64,000 nt of DNA, taken from Botryllus schlosseri (taxonomy: Eukaryota). Each line of letters begins with the position of its first letter. Position 1 is the stretch's first letter. The stretch is taken from the NCBI GenBank assembly GCA_051294905.1, contig CM119385.1, forward strand, positions 14,322,001 through 14,386,000, in the 5' to 3' direction. Below the pieces are notes generated by a model. It was not told the origin of the DNA and did no database searches. It saw nothing but the letters and a program-made list of their open reading frames with translations. Both the position numbers and the translations under genes were made by a program. Positions 53,990 through 64,000 of this stretch are shown here, piece after piece.

Positions 53990-56900
53990 ATGAGGTCAAA
54001 TCGGACAAGAAGCCGAAGTAAAAACGAAGAGCGCACTTTCTCGATGTCAACAAGAAGTACGCCCTCGTCCAAAAGCTCGAGACCTCAAATTTTGCAGTCC
54101 GAGGATGGCGACCGCGGTGCACTCGTGTTGAATGCGTCGCCCACTCGGTCCGGACGGCTGCGGAAGATAGTTGCCGACAAACCATTGTCTCGACGACGTA
54201 ACGAGCGGTTGAAATCCACCGGTAGTCCAGACGGGCCGACCCAACTAGCAACTCCGGATGAAACTAACGCGGACCCGTACTGTGAAATGGACACCGACCG
54301 ATGTGGGCCGGCACGGAAATGTACAGCCAAGCAGTTGGTGAGATAATAGATTTGGTTTTCTGCCGTCATCCGACAGTTCTATGAGAATTGTCGAAAATTT
54401 ACGGGATTCAGGATGCCCTTGGTTTGGTAGCTCCTGGTTGGAGGTAGCAAGCATGCAACGTCGTTGATTCGTTGGATTTTGCTGTAAGAATGAGGTCTGC
54501 CGGATTCTAGATCTGATTTGCATTTTGTGGCTCTGTGTTTAGTGGCCTATTCTTTCAGAGTCTAATGCCAAAGGCAAATGTCGACAGTGCCTATAGTAAC
54601 ACATTTTTATAAAGTAACTAAAGTTCCAATTAGTGGTGCGTGAATAGACCAGACGCGATCGAATCAGTGACTGATTTTACTTGCAGCAGCCCTGCATAAC
54701 TTCAGCAAAACACACATAGAAGTTTGAATTAAAGGGCTTAAAATTAGTTCTTGTCATGGTTGTAATGACTCGAGTGGCGATTTTTCGATGAATCGACTTC
54801 CTGAATAATGAAAAATGACTCTACTCGAGTCAATTTGTGTGTTGAATCGACTTGTACTCGAGTCATGGCGCATGACTCGAGACTGGGTCCACCAAGTCAA
54901 ACATCTCATTGTGATTTCGAAGAATATTAAAGTTATCACACTATTATTATTTCGTCTGTCAGTATTGGTACTTGGAAATGCTACCAGAAACTGTTAAAAG
55001 TGAGGAAATTTAGTATATTATGAATGCGAAGCATTCAGTATCGCAGAGCAGAGTTGTAAAAAGTAGGTTTCGCATGATCACATTTCAACCTAGCTTGCAG
55101 ATGGCCCTCACCAACTCAATCAGCACAGAATGCTTCTGATTTAATTTAAGCACTTTGTCGGCGCCCGCAAAGTCTATGTTCACATTACTTGCGCATATTT
55201 TCTGACGAAGCATTATTGTCTGCTGAGCTTGGTCGTGATCTTTAGCAATTGTGATTTTTGAAAGGCCGAAACAGCAAATATATTTGATTCATTTTGGCAA
55301 CAATTTTGATGCTTTTCACAATTGGGCCATTTCCTTGCAATGTTGTGCAGATGGTTCAGAAGTTATTTCTAATAATTGACCAAGAGAGAAGTAACCGCAC
55401 TGGTTTCTCTTGGATTAGCTTATTAAATCTTACCATGTGATGAACGCGAGGATCAATGTATCAAGTAAATGATATGACTTTATTTTGTGTCAATTATCAA
55501 ACCGCATTCGAAGTTAGACAGTAGGGATGAAGCAATCCGCAGATTTGAGTTGAAATGATGTTTGCAAATGTGTCGACACTGCGCTATGATAATCTCGACT
55601 CTGACTTGAAAAGGTTATAAGTGTTCAACAAAAATCTTTTATGAAAGACAGGGCATGTATTTATCGATGCGAATTGATTAAATGAGATGTAAGGTTACAA
55701 AATGGAACACTTGGATTAGTATATTACAGCCTCCTGGCTTTCGAGCAGAACAGATTGCTTGAATTGTTGATAACATTGAGATAAGGTGTTTTACTAATGC
55801 ACCCATTTGCAGATGAAAAGAAAATTAGGAAGGAATATCGACTTGGGAAAACCGCACACGCCTCAGAAGAAGTCCTGTAAAGCTATTCACAGGTGATTTA
55901 ACCGGCAGAGTGCCAATTGTATGCCCTGCTGACACATATCTTATCATTTTAGCCCAGTCATACCAGTCTCGGGCGAAAGTTCCGTGGGATGGGCGGTTAC
56001 AGATCCTTTAAGGTAGATATCATATTTTATATTTCAATGTTTGTTCTGATATGACAAATGTGAAATAATGTTTGTGTATACGTCGCTCACTTATTGTTCT
56101 CAGTCTAGTAATTTCTGGGACCAAGTGTAATAAATTACGGCTACCTAAACTGTGATGGGCGTTTGTTTATGAGGTTGCAATTACGTTGTTGAAGGCCAGT
56201 CTCCTAATTCATTCATTAAGGTTCATGTTCAGTTGTGTATATCTATACCGAGTGATTAAATGCCTGCACGCGTTGTTGTATTAGAGTTTCATTCACTACG
56301 AGGTTGTGAATCATGCGAGAAAGCCTTGCTGTAAACTCTCTGTATACGCAATATTAATGATGTATCATCATCATCAGTCATCAGGGCAAGTTTTTGTTGC
56401 AGTCAAATCCGTAGAAATTTGTACTTATTTTTCACATAAGTTGCACCAAAATGTTGCATTTATGGACAAGTTCCTTGAAATGATTAGGGTATGAGATACT
56501 CGAATTGTTCCGTGTCCAAGGCGCTGTAGCAAAACTCAATGTCGGCGACTTCAACAGAATCAGTAGCCTGAAAAAATTATCCCAGTTAAAATGTAATTTT
56601 CGACGGCCTAGCCTGATTGTACGTATAATCAGAAAAGACCTCAAATTTAAACAACAGTGAAATAATCGAGCAACCTATTTACATGGCCAAATACTTCCAG
56701 TGAAAAGTTAGTTGCATAACAAATTGAAAAAAAACATGCAGGAAAAATCAAAAAGAGTTGCAAAAAGTTGTATGAAAAAATGAAAAACAGTTGATAAAGT
56801 TGCAATAAAAGATTCCTCCAATCAGCTTAAAACACCATACTACATAACTTCTGAGTATGTAGGAAGCTGCCGGAAGTTGTAAAATAAAACTTGCAGAAGT

Positions 56901-59900
56901 TGCCCTTATCATCAGTCATCACCCATGTCTGATGATGCCTGTATGCAATGTCTCGACGATACTCTGCAGTTTTCCATCAAATTACTCGCTGAGGTTTCCC
57001 CAATCCCCGGTTGCTTTTTTTCTATCGGACTTCTATCCCTTGCAGTCCACAAAAGTCGGTGATTCGGAACCCAGTTACGTTGGCGAAAATCGAAGGCCTC
57101 CCGGAATGGCTGAATCGGTTCCAAAAGTGGAATTCCACCGAGAGGCTGTCCGCGTTGGATAAGCTGATCGACGCATGCGAGCCGATACAGGCACGGCACA
57201 TGTTGGAGGTTATCGAACCACAGTTTCAAAGGGATTTCATATCGCTGTTACCAAAAGAGGTTTGTTTCGTCGCTAACCCATTTTTTTTACCAGTTGTCAA
57301 ATGTTTGCCTATCGTTTATCTATGATTACCATTCTGGGGTCCTCATTAAGTTGCCGGGCATCTGGTGCCTGGTCGATTTTGAAAGACTTGTAATGTGATT
57401 TTTTCGCGCTCTCAAAGCTCTGAAACCTAAATTGGCTTTATCGCAGTACAGAAAACATGCAGCATGAGTAGAAATGACAATTTTGAGTAACAACATTTTA
57501 ACGAAGCGCTGCATTGTAGTAATGGTTGGTAAATATGAAAATATGGATTTAGGTAATTGTATCTGGCAATGGTTTTATTGTGATTGTGTAGATTGTGTAC
57601 AGTCTTTAACTTTGCTACTGATTCATATTATGTATGACGTCGTAATGAATGTTATTCTTGCACTCAAATCAAAACATGATTGTACATACGGAATTCAGGC
57701 AGTCGTATTTCCCATTTTGTCCAGTCCTGTACATATGACCTTCCATCGTCGTTTTAGTGTCACAACCAGGATTTTTTACTTGATTTTCTATATATATACA
57801 TGCAAGATTTTGAGCGTATGCCAATCCTTTTGCCTTCTCGCAGCTGGCTCTTTACGTGCTGTCGTTTCTCGAACCCAAAGACCTGCTTGTCGCAGCCCAG
57901 ACGTGCCGGTACTGGCACGTGCTGACCGAGGATAACATTTTGTGGCGGGAAAAATGTGCGGAGGAAGGCATTCAGGAACCTTACTACCCGAAAGTGTGCC
58001 GGACTTCGTTGAGACCCAAGAAAGGTACCGGCGCCGTGTCTCCTTGGGTTTGAAGAAGGCCTAGTCCTTGTCGGTGTCGCGTTTGCCGATTGCTTTTGGA
58101 AATTTGGAACGTGGCAGGATCCATTGTACTGTTGTATTGGACTGTTATCTTGGCCAAGTAGAGAGTGTGCCCTCGATGCTGAAAATTATCAAAAATTTCA
58201 TGACCAAGTCCAAATCCGGAAATGGCTGAAATTTGTGTGAAAGTCTCATGTAAACTGGAAATTATTTGAAAGTTCATGTCCAAATCCGGTTTAATAATAA
58301 TTTCACATCCAAATTGGGCCTAAATCATAAAATTCATATTTTCTTATATCCAAGTTTACGTTCTTGTCTGATTGATGGTGGCCAGAACTGTTAACCAATC
58401 ACAATGTGCCTTGAGGTCGATTGTGATTGTCAAACAGAATTGTTGTTTTGTCAAAAGAATCTAGAAACCCGAAATTTTTTGCGTTCCTTGTTCCAGGAAC
58501 AGGCATTTCTGTTCTATTACAACTTACACGGTTATGAATCATTTATAGCTGTCAAAAGTGGTGTTCTTTTTTGATCAAGTGCATGACTTTGCTTGTCGTG
58601 CTGTTTTATCATGTCGCTGGAAGCTTAGTTTCCCCAACTCTGAATCAAATATATTAGGTACTTCAATTTCGTCAGCCTAACAAACTGAGTTGATTCTGCC
58701 ATGTTTTGTATTCCCACCTAGTGGCTTTCTTATACCATTTCGTTATTTGATATGATAAAATATGTCGATGGTGAAATGCTTCAACCACCAAGTTATGTCG
58801 TGTCAGAAAGAAAATTTTTCTAAAATACCGATTATTCTTATCGACAGATTGCAGTTATAAAACAAGGTGAAGTAAAAACTGCCACAAGGTTACCTGTAAC
58901 ATGTCGCGAATGTACTACATTAAATAATTATGTTCATCATGACCGACTGTTATTCACACTGCGTGATCTGTCGCAGGCGTTGCAGTGCATCCGAGCGTTT
59001 GGAAAGCCTCATTCTTACATCAGCATCAGATCGAAATGAATTGGAGAAACGGGAATCACAAGCCATCCAAGGTATGCTGTAGCGCATTTGTAACTATTTA
59101 TATTCTATCTAACATTGAACAGTGTGTGGTTTGTAAGTCGGATCGATGGTAGATGTAATGTAATGTAACCCACAACTGTTTATGTATTGACACAATATAG
59201 ATGCCAAATCGAATCGGCGGAAATCAAACAGTCAATAAAACTTCTGCATTGTCACAACATCTATGTCTTCTTTGACTTTTCAGCTTCTCAAAGGCCACGA
59301 CGACCACGTCATCACCTGTCTGCAGTTCAGCGGCACTCGAATTGTCAGCGGTTCCGACGATAACACATTAAAGGTGTGGTCCGCCATATCCGGGAAGGTA
59401 CGTACGGCGCTGGTTTCTGTACGACATTTTTCGCATGCGTAAAACTCCACGGTCTTGCAGTGCCTGAGAACGCTAGTGGGACATACGGGCGGTGTGTGGG
59501 CGTCTCAAATGAGGAAGAATATGATCATCAGCGGGTCCACGGACCGCACGTTGAAAATTTGGAACGCCGACTCAGGTAAGTTTACACTTGTAAAACGCCG
59601 CTAGTGTAATTGGTTACCGACGCAATACTATTATAGTAGATTTGTCGAGCATACTGGATAATATTGAGCAGGAAATTGCTGTGCTTCCGCACCTGCCGCC
59701 TTTGAATCATTGGTTTGACCCGGCGTGCGGTTTTCTGTTTCCTGTTAAGTCGAGAGGATGACTTGACAATGGGTGGATTTGCAGACCGTGTTTTACATCA
59801 CGTCACACTGGTGACTGCGCCTATTTTATTCGTGATTTCGGCAAAGTGTACCTGCTAAAGTTCATAAATATGTTTATTACCAGCAACACTTATGTTGACC

Positions 59901-62463
59901 TACATCTTGAGAATAAGACCTAGAATTTAGCAAGAAACGGGAATTTTACCGGCAGAAACCGTATTGGCGGTTTCCTATTGAAATGGACAGCCCTTCTGCT
60001 GTATTACAACTTTCAATCCCGACAAGACCCACACGGACAATTCTGAAGTTTTTAATATACCCACGCGCGTAACTCAAAGTAGAAGTGTACTGTTACTGAC
60101 CAATTCCATGATGGCATTTGTGTGCTACCGCCAATTTGAGCAATAATATCTGCCGGTTCGCTACGTCTGTGTATAGGCAAGGCATATGGTATTTCGGGAT
60201 CGATGAATATCACTTTGCTCATAATGCGATTGGTGATAGCTGGCACATGCCACCCCATTCTTTGCACTTATCCTTTTTATGCTATCTTCGATTGCTTCTC
60301 ATTCCTCGTCCAGGCCCAGGGGGATGTCTGTGTGATTTTCAAAGTCCACTCTAATTCGTTTCGATACACCGCCATCTTTCATTGTATACAATGTTTTTTC
60401 AATTCTCTACTAGTTGCTGATGATTACCCCTGGCGATATATTGTCAGCTGAAAATATTCGGGTTTACTTCAATCTGAATACATTGTTCAATTGTATGCTG
60501 GAGTTCTGTATCTCCGAGGGACTCCATATTTCTAATCACTTTTGTCAAAGTGAAAAATCGATCCTTCCGACATTACATTAACGCAAATTTAATATCGCCC
60601 GAATCATTTACCGTACTGCTATTTCCAAAGTCTACGACTCTACGGTGGGCCCCGGTCAAATTTTTTGTGTCGTTTGCAGGAGCTTGTGTCCACACCCTGT
60701 ACGGACACACTTCGACGGTGAGATGCATGGCGCTTCACGACAACATGTAAGAAAGAGTCTACGATCTGACAAAATGTCCGTAGGCACCGTAGTTACCTTG
60801 TCGCTATTTTCTCGCAGCGTTGTCAGCGGATCTCGTGACGCTACGTTAAGAGTGTGGGACGTTGACGCCGGTGATTGCCTGCACGTGTTGTCCGGGCATT
60901 TGGCGGCGGTCCGGTGTGTTTGCTACGATGGCAGGCGGGTCGTGTCGGGCGCCTATGATTACAACGTCAAGGTCTGGGACCCGGTCCGGGAGGTGTGCCT
61001 GCACACGTTGGACGGACACACGAACAGAGTTTATTCGTTGCAGGTCAGGGATGTTTGTTGTGTGAGGTTGTTTTGCGTCGACTATTTCGGCCTTTCGCTG
61101 GGTTATGTCTAGGACTGGGCAAAATCGCATACCAGGTTGATTTGATTCGATTCAAATGGTGTTAGAGTTCATTTATTATGATGTTATAAGATTTATAAGG
61201 ACATGAAAAGTTGTTAACTTTTACAAATGCTCAATTGACACTTGGCGATGCAAAGCGATGTCGTACGTGCTCAAATGTGCCCTCTGCCCGGGACAAACGT
61301 GGTGCACCTCTCCCTGTAGCCGTACTTACTGCGAGCAAACATTTTGTTACGTAGAAATCTTTCCGTTTCAGTTTGACGGCACCCACGTCGTCAGCGGAAG
61401 TCTGGACACGCTAATCAAAGTCTGGTCGGTCGAAACGGGTCAGTGTCTGCACACGCTCGTCGGCCACCAGTCTCTGACCTCCGGGATGGAGCTGAAAAAC
61501 AACATACTCGTCTCGGGCAATGCGGACTCGACCGTTAAAATGTGGGACATCATATCCGGCAACTGTCTTAAGACACTTGAAGGTGAGTCGGACGGCGTGT
61601 CGACGCCGTATTTGCACAACAAAGGAAGCGATTCTTCCAGAATTTGGATGTCATTGGCAGATGAATCTCGCACAATGCACATCCATATAGTAGGAGGGAG
61701 AGCTTATTTTCTGAATTGTGTGAAGATGATTAATAAAATATCTACACTGTCCTGTACATTTGGAGAACCGTTGTCGAGGCTCTGCTGGTGTCCGGCCAAC
61801 TAGTCGCATACTTTTAGCAGTTGATAGGAGGTGGCGCAAGGTGACCAGCAACGCCGCAAATAGGTTGAATGGGGACTATTTCCCTCGCAACAGCGATGCA
61901 AACTCATCCCAAAGCGACTCGGCACTTTTCGAAATCCTAATTGTAAAAATCACTTTTGCCTAAAAACTGTTTAGTAAAAGTGGAAATAGTTGAAACCTAA
62001 CCATTCGACTTCCAAGTAAGTAAAATAGTATATATTCTAGACCCAGTTTTGCCTGAAACACTGGAAACTGAAGTAGAATTAGAATATGTTCAACATAAAA
62101 ACTACTTGATGAAGTATTACAAGTAGACAAACCTACTTGAGTACTATAAAACACTGAATTGCCACGTTGCTGATCTATATATTTCCTGCCGCAGGCCCGC
62201 AGAAACATCTCAGCGCCGTCACCTGCCTGCAGTTTCTCGGCAAGTTCGTCATCACCAGCTCGGACGACGGCACCGTCAAGCTTTGGGACGTGCGCACCGG
62301 CAAAGTGATACGCAACCTCGTCTCGCTGGATTCGCGCGGCTCCGGCGGCGTGGTGTGGCGGATACGCGCGACTCCCACAAAGCTGGTGTGCGCCGTCGGC
62401 AGCCGTAACGGGACCGAGGAGACGAAGCTGCTGGTGTTGGATTTCGACCCCGATTCGAAGTGA
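53990..62463 (+). CDS. FBXW7: F-box/WD40 protein 7 (archipelago/Cdc4/SEL-10), SCF substrate receptor, ~639 aa
   Basis: Phase-consistent exons 53990-54337, 55813-55892 (MKRKL..., like the vertebrate common exon), 57046-57259, 57844-58024, 58977-59071, 59284-59397, 59461-59575, 60680-60746, 60818-61043, 61372-61582, 62195-62463. D-domain/F-box [15 protein letters not shown]|[17 protein letters not shown]40 repeats retain the phosphodegron arginines ([23 protein letters not shown]). End ...[17 protein letters not shown]. Confidence 0.97.
54756..55093. mobile_element. Degenerate copy of the 17325-17887 MITE family in an FBXW7 intron
   Basis: ggttgtaatgactcgag start; shares cttggaaatgctaccagaaactgttaaaagtgag...tatatt-tgaatgcgaa-cattc with ~17575-17640. 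Confidence 0.72.
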
Positions 62464-62619
62464 GGCTGGCCCTCGCGAGGATCTGTCTAGGAAGATTGGA
62501 TCAAAACGCGAAGTGCACTTGAGCGGATACGGCGTACCGATGGCGCTGTGTTTTACCGGACGCGTGCGACTTGTAGTTGGTTGTTCCTACGGTTCTCGTT
62601 TCTACCCGAGTATCGCGGT

Positions 62620-62763
62620 CAATGTTCCCTCTAATTTTTGACGAGACTGCGCACACGCACCAAGTCACTGCGCAGACCCTTAGACAACAGTGCGTAACGA
62701 CCAAGGTCGTCACTTCGGATTTTTGGTGCTCAGAGACCGTGTCCGCACTTAGAGGGAACATTG
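62620..62763. mobile_element. 144-bp hAT MITE in the probable FBXW7 3' UTR
   Basis: 15-bp perfect TIRs caatgttccctctaa / ttagagggaacattg; perfect TSD atcgcggt (62612-62619 / 62764-62771). Confidence 0.92.
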
Positions 62764-64000
62764 ATCGCGGTTAGGGCTGCATATGGTCTTTCTAGCCCTG
62801 TTCATATTCTAGCCTGATGCTCGAATCGCTTGGATACTGGTTTTTGCCCAGCCTCTGATTGTAATGTGTATGCTGTTACCTAAACAAAGCTTTATTCTGA
62901 AATGGTAGACGCTGGCAGTTCCTTCCGTTTTTATTCGCTGGCGGTAATCAAGTCGTAAAGAAATATCCAATACACTATACCACGTGATATATATCCGTGT
63001 CTTATCGCCTCTACGCTGCTGTTGCAAGTGAAAACGTCTGTGCTAGTAGCACACGACAGTCGCCTTATGTCGTTTCATCCCATGCGCAAGTTGCCCGCTC
63101 CTGTACGGGGTGTGGAATGTTCACCCTTTTCCATATCCGTAGCGACGACTGTCAAAAGATTACGTGTAACGTTACCCGGCTGTTGTTCTCTCCTTTCTCG
63201 AGTTCTTATTGAAACGATTTTTCTTGGTGCGTTCTCTTATTTTTCCTTTTCTTTGTTGTGTACGCCTCAGAGTGGCAGCGTTTTGCACCCGAATTGGTTT
63301 CGTCTTGTTTTAACACGTTTTCATATCGCTACTGAGGTCCCGCGACGTTTGATCTCGCTACGTATACTTCACTCATTGCTCTGCATTGCTTGTCACGTGC
63401 AATAAAATTATCAAAACCCGCGAGGCCTGCGATTTTACGTGTGCGGTGTGAGCGAGTTTTCAAGTCTGTCTTCCAGCAGAGCAGGAAATTCTTGCCGCGC
63501 TGTGGGTAGGATATCTCCAATTGTCTTATCTGCGCTTTGGAGTTACGAAATAATGACCTGGAGTTGTGGTTTAAATATAATTCTAGAATTTCTGTCATAT
63601 CGTTGTTTCGGCGTGTTTCCTACTTCGATCCTTCTAGCGATAATTGATTTTGCGGCGGTTTTGCCGAAACCCCGCCAGACATGCTCTAAGCACGCACTTC
63701 ATCATTGTTGATCCGAATAATTCGCGGCAAAGAGTTGCTTCAGAAAGTAATTTTATTGCCTGCTCAGTGTAAGCTATATATCGGGAGAATCTGTTATAGT
63801 TGATCTAAAACAGTGGTCTTTGAGCTCTATTCGCAATTTTTTTGTAAAATTAATTCCATTCGCACAAACCAACCGAAAATTATACAAAAAGATGATGAAG
63901 AGAGAGATGTGATATTCTTTTTCGCCTGTAACATCGAGGTGCTTTAACGAAGGGGTTGCGATAGGGACGTGAGGTCATCTAGTGTGCGCCCCCGTTTATT

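Noticed and set aside
56690-56890. aagttgc/A-rich periodic tract
   Set aside because: Low-complexity intronic sequence with no defined unit or boundaries.

Overview
This is a eukaryotic (metazoan, probably invertebrate) genomic window, not prokaryotic; there are no CRISPR arrays, rRNA or intact tRNA genes. Five co-oriented + strand protein-coding loci are supported: (1) the 3' half of a BMP-type R-SMAD (Smad1/5/8, Mad), whose MH1 exons appear to lie upstream of the window; (2) an intronless BTB-BACK gene; (3) a ubinuclein (UBN/yemanuclein) gene of about 19 exons including microexons; (4) two orphan exons encoding a ComEA/EEPD1-like helix-hairpin-helix module with no obvious 3' end; (5) FBXW7/archipelago, with a complete phase-consistent exon chain and several candidate alternative first exons. 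Introns and intergenic DNA hold many non-autonomous hAT elements (eight with perfect 8-bp TSDs, including a 618-bp foldback and a 63-bp nested mini-element), remnants of a LINE RT and two hAT-type transposases, a tRNA-derived SINE head and SINE/LINE 3' tails. The most interesting unexplained signal is a ~140-bp repeat present in 7 copies, twice as divergent inverted pairs. Its consensus spells a minimal type-I hammerhead ribozyme, as described for Penelope-like retroelements, although no single copy is intact. All exon models were built by eye from splice signals, codon phase and remembered family motifs; no database search was run.
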